A stretch of 64,000 nucleotides of DNA from Bacteroidota bacterium (GTDB taxonomy: Bacteria > Bacteroidota > Ignavibacteria > UBA10030 > UBA8401): NCBI GenBank assembly GCA_020052095.1, contig JAGVPT010000096.1:8571-72570 (forward strand), read 5' to 3'. The translations under genes were made by a program, and so were the position numbers. This document shows, piece after piece, positions 1 to 9,510 of this stretch (positions within the stretch are counted from its first letter, which is position 1; every line of letters starts with the position of its first letter). Below the pieces are notes generated by a model. It had not been told where the DNA came from and made no database searches. It saw only the letters and a list, made by a program, of their open reading frames with translations.

Positions 1-421
<421 letters not shown>

Positions 422-851
422 TTACCGCTGCTGCTCATTCAGACGAGATCAGCTTGATCTTGTGTGGTTTCCGGCTTACTTTTGAAAGCAGCAGGTCGAA
501 AAAAACGCCGGGGAGGCAACTCCTCCACGTTATTCCTCTTTTAAAATGGACAATATCGTGTCCTCACCCATCAAGGGTGACTCCATTGTGCGAACGCGCC
601 CACGTTCGATCTGCACAATGAAGAATACGACTGAGGTTCGACCTGCTCTTTTTTTTTAGGACATTACCGCGTGTAGAGATTTTCCTGTCTTATTCCATAA
701 GCCCATGATCGGCTCGTAGATTCACGCCCGCTGTTCCAACCGATCAATACATTATAATATAATGTACAAGTCGATATTGTCAAGTGTTTATTAATATAAT
801 TTTTAGTATTGCCTTACTTACTAAGGTTCTCTAGTGTACCGGCAGTATAAT

Positions 852-880
852 AAAAAAGCCGCGTCGGAGTGCGACGCGGC
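852..880 (-). terminator. Rho-independent terminator downstream of nagA
   Basis: On the minus strand a 9-bp GC stem (gccgcgtcg / cgacgcggc, 5-nt loop) is followed by TTTTTT. It lies about 30 nt after the nagA stop. A second small hairpin, cctctgcaacagagg, sits just before it. Confidence 0.7.
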
Positions 881-910
881 TTGCAATTATTCCCTCTGCA
901 ACAGAGAGGA

Positions 911-2083
911 CTATTTCATAATTCTGTTTCGATCGTACTTTACGTTCCCTTCGTAGATGGTTAGTTGAACTTCAAAATTAATATCCAAGATGACAAAATC
1001 AGCGTCCTTGCCGACTGCGAGAATTCCTTTCCGACTTTCCAATCCAAGTACTTTCGCGCCATTCAACGATGCCATACGAACGGCATCGGTGAGAGGAACA
1101 CCCACCAATTCAACCATATTCTTCACCGCCCTTTCCATCGTGAGGGTGCTGCCGGCTAACGTCCCGTCTTCAAGAAAAGCTTTCTTGTCCTTTACTTTTA
1201 TTTTTTGATCCATAAAGGTGTAGTCGCCATCCGGCATTCCGCTCGCTCGAATAGCATCGGTAATCAGAACGATACCGCCATCTCCTTTGATATTATACAT
1301 TAGTCTCATCACGGCAGGATGAACGTGGATACCATCGGCAATCAACTCCAACTTCAGTTCGTTCCGTAGCAACCCCCCGACAATCACTCCCGGCTCCCGA
1401 TGGTGAAACGGTTGCATTGCATTAAACATGTGAGTGACATGAGCTGCGCCGTTATCGATCGCCGCTTCGATTTCATGAAAAAGTGCCATCGAATGACCCA
1501 CGGATAGAACAACTCTATCATTGGCCGCGGCGCGCATCACATCGTGGCAACCGGGAAGTTCCGGAGCAATCGTCATGAGCTTTATATATCCCTTGGATGC
1601 CGAGTACAATTGATTCCAACTGTCAACGTCGGGCTTCCACAAATACTCTTCCTTCATCGCCCCTTTCATTTCCGGATTAATGAAAGGACCTTCCATATGA
1701 ATCCCCTTCACGTTCGTGTATTTATGCGAATCGACATACTTAGCGATGCGCGCGACATCCTTTACCAACAGTTTCAACGGCTTGCTGTAGAGAGATGCGA
1801 GGAGTCCGGTTGTTCCGTGCTCGAAGAAAAATTCTGACACTGTTCCAATTGATTCCTCATTGTCATCCGCGAATCCCGCTCCCCCGCCGCCGTGGACCAA
1901 TACATCGATGAAACCCGGCGTCAATATCATCCCGTTCATGTCATAGCTTTTCATCGAAGACGGAATTTCTACATCTTCCACGCCGCCAAGCGCAGATATT
2001 TTTTTCCCCGTTACGATAACCGATCCGTTTTCGATGATCCTAAACGGGGTGACGATCTTCACATTGCGAACAGCGTAGGTCAT
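911..2083 (-). CDS. nagA: N-acetylglucosamine-6-phosphate deacetylase
   Basis: 390 aa. Amidohydrolase pattern: PGFIDVLVHGGGG, GIHMEGPFINPEMKGA, VGHS, THMFNAM, LITDAI. Confidence 0.9.
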   Translation of the reverse strand: MTYAVRNVKIVTPFRIIENGSVIVTGKKISALGGVEDVEIPSSMKSYDMNGMILTPGFIDVLVHGGGGAGFADDNEESIGTVSEFFFEHGTTGLLASLYSKPLKLLVKDVARIAKYVDSHKYTNVKGIHMEGPFINPEMKGAMKEEYLWKPDVDSWNQLYSASKGYIKLMTIAPELPGCHDVMRAAANDRVVLSVGHSMALFHEIEAAIDNGAAHVTHMFNAMQPFHHREPGVIVGGLLRNELKLELIADGIHVHPAVMRLMYNIKGDGGIVLITDAIRASGMPDGDYTFMDQKIKVKDKKAFLEDGTLAGSTLTMERAVKNMVELVGVPLTDAVRMASLNGAKVLGLESRKGILAVGKDADFVILDINFEVQLTIYEGNVKYDRNRIMK

Positions 2084-2094
2084 TGTTCCTCTTT

Positions 2095-2775
2095 TCAGTT
2101 TTGCGCCAGCGCGATGTTGGCCCGGAAGGCGTCCATCGCTTGCGAAATATCTTTCGCCCCAAAAATTGCGCTCCCGGCAACAAGAACCCTTACACCGGCC
2201 TTTACGAGATCCGCAACATTGCTCTCGTCGACTCCGCCATCGACCTCGATCAATGTTTTCAGATTCCGCGATGCGATCATCTCGTTCAGAGATCGTATTT
2301 TAGCAAGAGTTTCCGGAATGAATTTCTGCCCTCCGAAACCGGGGTTTACTGACATCAACAGCACCAAATCGACATGCGCCAGAATCCCTTCCAGCGCTGA
2401 AAGAGGAGTTTCGGGTTTCAGGCTCACTCCGGGTTTCATTCCCCTCTGCCGAATTGACGCTACGGTGCGATCCAATAGCGGACATGCTTCGACATGAACA
2501 GTGAGGTAGGTTGTTCCGGCTTTTTGAAAATCGTCGAGAAAAAAATCGGGATTTTCTATCATCAAATGCGTATCGAGAGGTAGTTGCGTCAGCCGGTGAA
2601 CGGTCTTTACGATGGCAGGCCCGAAGCTAATGTTCGGCACAAAATGACCGTCCATAATATCAAGATGGATCAGATCAGCTCCCGCCTTCTCAACGACGGA
2701 AATCTGAGCGCCCAGCTTCGCAAAGTCTGCCGCAAGGATTGAGGGCGCGAGCAATATCGGATTCCTTGTTGCCAT
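2095..2775 (-). CDS. rpe: Ribulose-phosphate 3-epimerase
   Basis: 226 aa. LAPSILAADFAKLG...HLDIMDGHFVPNISFGP...MSVNPGFGGQKF is a typical Rpe. Confidence 0.95.
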   Translation of the reverse strand: MATRNPILLAPSILAADFAKLGAQISVVEKAGADLIHLDIMDGHFVPNISFGPAIVKTVHRLTQLPLDTHLMIENPDFFLDDFQKAGTTYLTVHVEACPLLDRTVASIRQRGMKPGVSLKPETPLSALEGILAHVDLVLLMSVNPGFGGQKFIPETLAKIRSLNEMIASRNLKTLIEVDGGVDESNVADLVKAGVRVLVAGSAIFGAKDISQAMDAFRANIALAQN

Positions 2776-2780
2776 AGATC

Positions 2781-3545
2781 TCAGTGTTCTCTTCTCACTC
2801 CCTTATTTTCGGGAGCCTGCGCAATAAACAGGTCGATAGATTTGCCATAACCGACTACTTCATTCATTCGTGGCAATTGATCGATTACCGTGTTCGGAAG
2901 AAGGTCGGCGTTAATTTGATACGTAATACTGCCTACCTTGAATCCTTTTTGGGTTAGGATCTTCTGTGCTTCGGTCAATGTTTTCCCGACTACGCTCGGG
3001 ACTACGAGGCTGTCCATTGTTTGCCCGGCACTTTCAGTCACTCTGATGTACGAACCGCGCTTTACCTTTGCCCCCGCCGTTACATCCTGCGAAATTATGG
3101 TCCCTTCTGGAAATTCTTTTGAAATCTCGCGAAGAACGCTCCCGAGTTTCAACCCCGAGCGCTCCAAGGCAAATTTTGTGTCCCGAATGGACCGTCCTTT
3201 CAATTCCGGAACGATCGCGAGTTGCTCGCCGCCGCTGATCGTCAGATATACGCGCCGATTGGGCTTGACAATCTGTGACGGAATCGGATTCTGTGCCACG
3301 ACGTATCCTTCCGGATATTCTTTGTCCGGACGCACTTCTCCTCTTCGCGGTTCGAGTTTCAGCGAGTCCAAAACGTGAAACGCATCGACCTCAGACATGC
3401 CAATGACATCGGGTACGGAAAGAGTTCCCCCATGGTTGACATACCACGGCAAAAAGATTTTGTCGAGGATGATGACAAGTGCGAATAATGAGCCAATGGT
3501 CCACACTATGATTTTTGCTATTTTCGAACGATAGAAGTCCTGCAT
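2781..3545 (-). CDS. PASTA domain-containing membrane protein
   Basis: 254 aa. N-terminal TM helix followed by three PASTA-like repeats (VPDVIGMSEVDAFHVL, VPELKGRSIRDTKFALE, VPSVVGKTLTEAQKILT). Confidence 0.8.
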   Translation of the reverse strand: MQDFYRSKIAKIIVWTIGSLFALVIILDKIFLPWYVNHGGTLSVPDVIGMSEVDAFHVLDSLKLEPRRGEVRPDKEYPEGYVVAQNPIPSQIVKPNRRVYLTISGGEQLAIVPELKGRSIRDTKFALERSGLKLGSVLREISKEFPEGTIISQDVTAGAKVKRGSYIRVTESAGQTMDSLVVPSVVGKTLTEAQKILTQKGFKVGSITYQINADLLPNTVIDQLPRMNEVVGYGKSIDLFIAQAPENKGVRREH

Positions 3546-3606
3546 CTTCTTCTTTTACTCCAAGTATCAACTCACATTTTGTGAGACAAATCCGATCAGC
3601 GGTTCA

Positions 3607-4194
3607 TTAATGCCGCAAGAGGGATTCAATGTATTTTCCCACGATATCAAACTCAAGATTTACTTTAGACCCTGCACTATACTCGTGAAATATTGTATTC
3701 TCAAATGTGAACGGAATAATTGCTACTTCAAAGCGATCGGCAAAAAGACGTGCGACCGTCAAACTGACGCCGTCGACCGCAATCGATCCGACCGGAATTA
3801 AATATCTCCTGAAGCGCTGCGGAAAGCCTATCGTGTACATCCAGCTTGCCTTCAGATTGGTTCGTTTCAGTACTGTGCCTGCCGTATCGACATGTCCCTG
3901 CACAAGGTGCCCTCCCAAGCGCTGGTGCAAAGTTACGGCGCGCTCGAGGTTCACTTTACTGCCACTTCGAAGCCCCCCCAAACTCGTCTTGCGAAGGGTC
4001 TCTTTTACAGCATCGAGGGAAAACGAACCCCGCTTACGCGAGACGACCGTGAGGCATGTCCCGTTCACAGAAATGCTATTGTCGACACTTAAGCCCGTGA
4101 GAACTTGTTTTGCCTCGATCTCAATTCGCATTCCATCACCGCGAACTCGAATCGCCTTTACTTTTCCTATTTCTTCGATTATCCCGGTGAACAT
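3607..4194 (-). CDS. ribE: Riboflavin synthase (alpha chain)
   Basis: 195 aa. MFTGIIEEIGKV start and duplicated lumazine-binding halves (SVNGTCLTV / AVDGVSLTV). Confidence 0.9.
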   Translation of the reverse strand: MFTGIIEEIGKVKAIRVRGDGMRIEIEAKQVLTGLSVDNSISVNGTCLTVVSRKRGSFSLDAVKETLRKTSLGGLRSGSKVNLERAVTLHQRLGGHLVQGHVDTAGTVLKRTNLKASWMYTIGFPQRFRRYLIPVGSIAVDGVSLTVARLFADRFEVAIIPFTFENTIFHEYSAGSKVNLEFDIVGKYIESLLRH

Positions 4195-4196
4195 AA

Positions 4197-5087
4197 TTAT
4201 TGGATCTCGTGATCGTAAATTATCTTTGAAATGCGCGCAATCGCTTCAATGCCTTTCTTCGCATCTTTCAGATCCTTCGACAAAACAACAAGAACGTACT
4301 TTCTTCCATCCGGCAAATAGATGATACCCGAATCGTGTTGCACTCCCGAAATGCTTCCGGTCTTGTGCGCCACTTTCACTTTCTTCGGAAGCATACCGGG
4401 GATCATCTCATTGAATTTCTGATGAAGCAAAACATCGAGCATCTCGTCGCAGGCCTTTCGGCTCACGAGTTTTTTACGGGCAAGCTTTTCATAGACGATC
4501 GATAAATCCTTGGCCGTCGTGGTATTGTTCTTGCCGGCGTCAAATGCTTTGCTATCTTCAACGCCGCGAAGAATCTGAATATCCTTCAACCCCATCCCCC
4601 TCATTGTCCGTTGGACATTTCGCGCGGCGATTTTTTGCAAAAGAAGATTTGTCGCAAGATTGCTGCTTACCGTGATCATGGCATAGACGAGAGTACGAAT
4701 CGATTCCTTCTTGCCCAGGAGGGCGTATAGGCTGTCGTCACTGTCACTTGAAATATCCAATGAATAGGGGCTGCCGTCGATTAAGCTCGAAAAATTATTG
4801 ACAATTTGTATAGAGTCGTCGAGCGAAAATTTCTTCTGCCGAGCCTGATTGAACACTTCAATCATTACGGGCGTTTTCATCGTGCTCGCAGCATGGAAGC
4901 TTTCCGTCGCATTCCGGTAAATCGTCTTTCCGGTTTGCAGATCCTTGAACGCAATCCCGAACTTCCCGTCGGTCGCGGTCACGATAGAATCGATCTGAGT
5001 CTCCACTTCCTTCAGGTTTATACGAGCGGATTTTGGATACGAGGATGCAAGAACAACAGCGCACAAGAGAAGCGGGATGACCTTCAC
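4197..5087 (-). CDS. Serine hydrolase, class A beta-lactamase-like, secreted
   Basis: Motifs S-T-M-K, S-S-N and K-T-G occur in class-A order. The ORF extends to 5291 but that part overlaps ribD. A GTG at 5087 (VKVIPLLLCAVVLASS signal peptide, AGGGG RBS) lies 2 nt after the ribD stop. Confidence 0.7.
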   Translation of the reverse strand: MKVIPLLLCAVVLASSYPKSARINLKEVETQIDSIVTATDGKFGIAFKDLQTGKTIYRNATESFHAASTMKTPVMIEVFNQARQKKFSLDDSIQIVNNFSSLIDGSPYSLDISSDSDDSLYALLGKKESIRTLVYAMITVSSNLATNLLLQKIAARNVQRTMRGMGLKDIQILRGVEDSKAFDAGKNNTTTAKDLSIVYEKLARKKLVSRKACDEMLDVLLHQKFNEMIPGMLPKKVKVAHKTGSISGVQHDSGIIYLPDGRKYVLVVLSKDLKDAKKGIEAIARISKIIYDHEIQ

Positions 5088-5088
5088 A

Positions 5089-6201
5089 CTAATTCCCCTT
5101 TCGATAAGAAATGTATCCTTCCACGTAGTGATCGCCTCCGACGCGTCTACCAGTTTTCCGGACAATGCGGAAAGACTCTTTGACGTCATCAAATAGAGGG
5201 ATGCCATGGTTGAATTTCTTTGGTGATGTGAAGAGATATATTTTCTGTACTGCCCTTCTCTGCAAAAATTGGCGGTACATTTTCTGTCCACCCTCTACGA
5301 GAAGTGAAGCAATGCCTTTCTTGGCAAGCTCTTTGAGGATTCTTTCAACAGGGATAACTCCATTGTTCTTTCCATTCACGACTATCACTTGAACTCCCCT
5401 GTGTCTAAGCTCATTGATCCTCTTTGCGTCTGACTTTCCCGTAAGAACAATCGTCTTCCGTCGAAACTTATCATTGAAGAGGCGCGCTGTTAACGGAGTG
5501 CGAAGTCTCCCGTCGACGAGCACCCGAAGGGGATTCCGGCCTTTGATGTGACGGACAGTCAGTTGCGGATTGTCCGCGATGGCCGTACCTGCGCCCACAA
5601 GCACAGCATCGTATTCACCACGAAGGCGGTGAACAAGGGTGCGCGATTTTTTTGATGATATCCATCTTGACGATCCGTCTCGCCGTGCAATAAATCCGTC
5701 GTTTGTTTGTGCCGCCTTTATCGCTACAAAGGGCGTTCCCGCCGTTATGTACCGTGAGAACTTCTCGTTGAGACGCTCAGCTTCCGATCGGCATAATCCT
5801 GTAACCACAGACACGCCAGCCCGCCGGAGTGCTCGAAATCCTTTTCCTGCCACACGCGGATTAGGATCTTGAATCGCGGCGACTACTTTTCTGATCCCGT
5901 GCCGGATAATTGCATCCACACATGGGGGCGTTTTGCCGTGGTGGACGCAGGGTTCGAGGTTCACGTACATCGTTGCACCCTGAATACTCGAGTGCCGTCG
6001 GAGTGCATCGCCGATTGCATTTATCTCGGCATGCGGTCCACCATATTTTTCATGGAACCCTTTCCCAAGAACCTTGCCATTCAGAACAACAAGTGCGCCA
6101 ACGACCGGATTGGGACTGACGGCCCCGACTCCTTTTTTTGCGAGCGCAAAACACATGCGCATCCGTTCTTCATCTTCACCACGACTCATAAGGTACATCA
6201 T
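5089..6201 (-). CDS. ribD: Bifunctional riboflavin biosynthesis deaminase/reductase RibD
   Basis: 370 aa. CMP/dCMP deaminase zinc motif HAEINAI...PCVHHGKTPPC plus a C-terminal RibD reductase domain. The start may be an internal Met (M14/M16). Confidence 0.9.
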   Translation of the reverse strand: MMYLMSRGEDEERMRMCFALAKKGVGAVSPNPVVGALVVLNGKVLGKGFHEKYGGPHAEINAIGDALRRHSSIQGATMYVNLEPCVHHGKTPPCVDAIIRHGIRKVVAAIQDPNPRVAGKGFRALRRAGVSVVTGLCRSEAERLNEKFSRYITAGTPFVAIKAAQTNDGFIARRDGSSRWISSKKSRTLVHRLRGEYDAVLVGAGTAIADNPQLTVRHIKGRNPLRVLVDGRLRTPLTARLFNDKFRRKTIVLTGKSDAKRINELRHRGVQVIVVNGKNNGVIPVERILKELAKKGIASLLVEGGQKMYRQFLQRRAVQKIYLFTSPKKFNHGIPLFDDVKESFRIVRKTGRRVGGDHYVEGYISYRKGN

Positions 6202-6274
6202 TGTAAAACAAAATGGACATCACAGACAATTTCAGCAGCTGTCTATGATGTCTCCGTAACAATTTGGGCGCTCA

Positions 6275-7279
6275 TCACTTAAAGTAGATTTCTTTTCCTT
6301 TGGCAGCAGATTTGTAGATGGCGTCGACAATTCTCATCCGTTGTACGGCTTCGTCCGCAGTGGAGATAACGGGATGGAGGCCGCGGACGGCACCAATAAA
6401 ATGCTTCAACTCATTTTCATACGACCGCCGAAACAGATTTTGCGTGTCGTCGACTTTGCCCGGAGTAACATTAACGATACTTCCGTGCATTTCGCGGTGG
6501 ATCTTCAATGGATTCAGCTTCGCGCTTCCCTTCTCGCCGTAAATATTGCAGTAAAACAACTCATGCTCTATGTAGAAGCTCCAGCTCACTTCGATCGTAA
6601 TCGTAGCCCCGTTTTTCAAGAAAAGAAAAACCGCAGCGGAGTCTTCCACGCCGGGTGTTGTGTGCGAATAATTGGCGGCATTAACGCGCTGAACGTCGGG
6701 GTACCCCGTCATCCAGAGAGCGAGGTCGAGCATCACGATCCCGAGGTCGAGAAACACTCCGCCGCCGGATTTATCTTTATGACCCATCCACGTGCTCTGA
6801 TCGGTAAGTTTCTTGAGCCAGCCCCCTTTGACGTAAAATATTTTCCCAAGGTCGTTGTTTTCGATAAAACTCCGGAGAATCATCGTGTCTGGACGAAAAC
6901 GGTTGTTCATACCGACCATTACTTTCTTTTTCGATTTTTTTGCAGCATCGGCAATTGCAACAGCTTCAAGATATTTTCGGGCGATGGGTTTTTCAATGAA
7001 GATATCTTTTTTGGCTTCGAGACATGCCAGGGCTACTTCTTTGTGCGCGTTGGTCGTCGTGCAAATGTCGACAGCATCGATTTCTTCCGACAACAGCATC
7101 TCATGGACGTCTGTATAGTAACGCTTGACGCCGAATTTGTCGGCAAGAGCTTTCGCGCGCGATTTGTCCTTGTCGCATACGCAGGTAATCGCTGCGTCTG
7201 GCACTTTGGTGAGAATAGGAAGGTGAAAAACCTGTGCAATCCAGCCTAGTCCAACAATACCGATTTTTGCTTTTTCCAT
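6275..7279 (-). CDS. Gfo/Idh/MocA family oxidoreductase
   Basis: 334 aa. N-terminal Rossmann motif KIGIVGLGWIAQ and an EKP motif (FIEKPIA). Confidence 0.85.
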   Translation of the reverse strand: MEKAKIGIVGLGWIAQVFHLPILTKVPDAAITCVCDKDKSRAKALADKFGVKRYYTDVHEMLLSEEIDAVDICTTTNAHKEVALACLEAKKDIFIEKPIARKYLEAVAIADAAKKSKKKVMVGMNNRFRPDTMILRSFIENNDLGKIFYVKGGWLKKLTDQSTWMGHKDKSGGGVFLDLGIVMLDLALWMTGYPDVQRVNAANYSHTTPGVEDSAAVFLFLKNGATITIEVSWSFYIEHELFYCNIYGEKGSAKLNPLKIHREMHGSIVNVTPGKVDDTQNLFRRSYENELKHFIGAVRGLHPVISTADEAVQRMRIVDAIYKSAAKGKEIYFK

Positions 7280-7308
7280 TGTTGGTGAGAAGTTAATCGT
7301 AACGGTGT

Positions 7309-9267
7309 TTATTGTGCTATTCTTTCAACCGATCGTATGATCGGAGGATTCGCTTCGCAGAATTCCCGCACCACTTCTGCGATTCCTGCGGCGTCGAGCT
7401 TCACGATCTTGTGAAGTTCGGCCGGAGATCCGTGCTCGATGAACTCATCCGGCACGCCGTGAACGCGCACTTTGACGTCGCCATGTTTCAATTCGGTCAA
7501 CGTTTCAAGGATGGCCGCGCCGAATCCTCCGTGAATGCTATTTTCTTCGACTGTGACGATGCGGTCAAATCTCGTGAGTAGACTCTCGAGCAGATTCTTA
7601 TCAATCGGCTTCACGAAACGCATGTTGACAACTTCAGCAAGGATCCCCTCCTTCGCCAATATGTCCGCCGCCGCGAGGGAATTTAACACCATCGTTCCGA
7701 CACTCAGAATTGCGATATCATTTCCGGTCCGAAGAATTTCTCCCTTGCCGATCTCAATTTTGTCGAATCCCTTTTTCAATGGGACGCCGAACGCGGTGCC
7801 GCGAGGATATCGCAATGCAACAGGTCCGGCATGGTGTTCCACCGCTGTATAAAGCATGTCACGCAATTCACTTTCGTCCTTAGGAGCCATTACGACCATC
7901 CCCGGGATGCAACGCAGGTACGACAAATCGAATGTCCCGTGGTGTGTCGGCCCATCCGCACCCACAAGGCCGCCTCTGTCAAGAACAAAGACAACATGTA
8001 AATTCTGCAACGCGACGTCGTGGATTATTTGATCGTATGCCCGCTGCAAGAATGTCGAGTAGATTGCAGTTACGGGAATATAGCCTTCAGTGGCGAGACC
8101 GGCGGCAAACGTTACGGCATGCTGTTCCGCAATGCCCACATCAAAAAAGCGTTCGGGCATCGCTTTCTGCAATGCGGTAAGTCCTGTCCCGTCGGGCATT
8201 GCGGCAGTGATGCCGACGACCTTCTGATCTTGCTTGCATATTTCGACGAGGGCATCGCCGAAAATTGTCGTAAACGCCGGAGGCGCATTCGGATTCTTGG
8301 GGGAAATTCCCGTTACTTTGTCGAAAGGCGTTACGCCGTGTAGTCGAGTCGCTTCTCTTTCTGCCGGCGCATACCCCTTCCCTTTTTCAGTGATCGCATG
8401 AATGAGGATCGGCCCTTTGAGATCTTTCACGTGACGAAAGATTTCTACAAGTTTCACGACGTTATGTCCGTTGAACGGTCCAAAATAGCGAAAGCCCAGG
8501 GCCTCGAATAACATCCCCGGTGTAATAACCGCCTTCAATCCTTTTTCAACATTTTGCGCAACCGAACGCAGGCGGTCGCCAAATGAATCCAACTTTCCAG
8601 TCAAATTCCAGACATTCGCTTTGAACTTGTTGTAGCTGGGATGGGTCAGCACTTCGGCGAAATAGCTATGAAATGACCAAAGATTCGGCGCGACTGATGA
8701 GAGGGATACCATGCGGTTATCGTTCAAAACGACGATCATATCTTTCTTCAGGAGGCCCGCATTATTCATCGCCTCATACGCCATGCCTCCGGTCAGCGAT
8801 CCATCGCCTACAACCGCAACGACTTTGAATTTATCGTGGTTGAAGTCGCGTGCGGTCGCGATTCCAAGCGCAGCAGAAATCGCAGTGCTCGCGTGCCCGG
8901 CACCGAAGGTGTCAAATTCGCTTTCACTTCGTTTCAGAAATCCGCTAATGCCATTGAGCTGGCGAATGGTATGAAATCGGCTTTTGCGTCCGGTGAGTAT
9001 TTTGTGAGGATACGCCTGATGCCCGACATCCCATACCAGTTTGTCCTCAGGCGTATTAAAGACATAGTGAAGCGCAACCGCAAGTTCAATGGCGCCGAGA
9101 CCGGCACCGAGATGCCCTCCAGTTTTCGAAATCGAGTCAACGAGGAATTCGCGTATTTCTTTGGAGAGAGTGCGAAGATCCTTCACTTCTAATCTTCGTA
9201 AATCGTACGGAGTATCTATTTTGTGAAAAAAATTTGTGGACGCTTCAGGCATTACATTCTCCGTCAT
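7309..9267 (-). CDS. dxs: 1-deoxy-D-xylulose-5-phosphate synthase
   Basis: 652 aa. GGHLGAGLGAIELAVALHYVF, the TPP motif GDGSLTGGMAYEAMNNAG and transketolase-like C-terminal domains. Confidence 0.95.
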   Translation of the reverse strand: MTENVMPEASTNFFHKIDTPYDLRRLEVKDLRTLSKEIREFLVDSISKTGGHLGAGLGAIELAVALHYVFNTPEDKLVWDVGHQAYPHKILTGRKSRFHTIRQLNGISGFLKRSESEFDTFGAGHASTAISAALGIATARDFNHDKFKVVAVVGDGSLTGGMAYEAMNNAGLLKKDMIVVLNDNRMVSLSSVAPNLWSFHSYFAEVLTHPSYNKFKANVWNLTGKLDSFGDRLRSVAQNVEKGLKAVITPGMLFEALGFRYFGPFNGHNVVKLVEIFRHVKDLKGPILIHAITEKGKGYAPAEREATRLHGVTPFDKVTGISPKNPNAPPAFTTIFGDALVEICKQDQKVVGITAAMPDGTGLTALQKAMPERFFDVGIAEQHAVTFAAGLATEGYIPVTAIYSTFLQRAYDQIIHDVALQNLHVVFVLDRGGLVGADGPTHHGTFDLSYLRCIPGMVVMAPKDESELRDMLYTAVEHHAGPVALRYPRGTAFGVPLKKGFDKIEIGKGEILRTGNDIAILSVGTMVLNSLAAADILAKEGILAEVVNMRFVKPIDKNLLESLLTRFDRIVTVEENSIHGGFGAAILETLTELKHGDVKVRVHGVPDEFIEHGSPAELHKIVKLDAAGIAEVVREFCEANPPIIRSVERIAQ

Positions 9268-9509
9268 TCAAAATCCGCCAATTCAATTTTGCCGCTCAGG
9301 TCTTTGCTGAGCTTCTTGATCTTTAATTCTGCCTTCGAGAGGGTCTCCATGCATTCTTTGGACAGCTCAATTCCCTCTTCGTACAGTTCGATGGCATTTT
9401 CGAGCGGCACTTCGCCCTGCTCGAGCGAATCGACGATTTTCTCCAATCGTGCTAGAGACTGTTCAAATGTTCTTTTTGAGGTTTCTTTTTTTGAAGAGGC
9501 CATCTTCAC
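9264..9509 (-). CDS. xseB: Exodeoxyribonuclease VII small subunit
   Basis: 81 aa helical protein (FEQSLARLEKIVDSLEQGEVPLENAIELYEEG). It is adjacent to xseA and its stop overlaps the dxs start. Confidence 0.85.
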   Translation of the reverse strand: MKMASSKKETSKRTFEQSLARLEKIVDSLEQGEVPLENAIELYEEGIELSKECMETLSKAELKIKKLSKDLSGKIELADFE

Positions 9510-9510
9510 T

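Noticed and set aside
5088-5291. N-terminal 68-aa extension of the beta-lactamase-like ORF
   Set aside because: It overlaps the 3' end of ribD in another frame and precedes the signal peptide. The GTG at 5087, with an RBS, gives a normal secreted protein.
6202-6274. FMN (RFN) riboswitch upstream of ribD
   Set aside because: Only about 73-110 nt are available, and the minus-strand sequence lacks the conserved RFN blocks. ribD seems to follow directly on the upstream oxidoreductase gene.
6341-7249. 302-aa plus-strand ORF
   Set aside because: It is fully antisense to the well-supported Gfo/Idh/MocA oxidoreductase and has no recognisable motifs. Long antisense ORFs are common opposite real genes.
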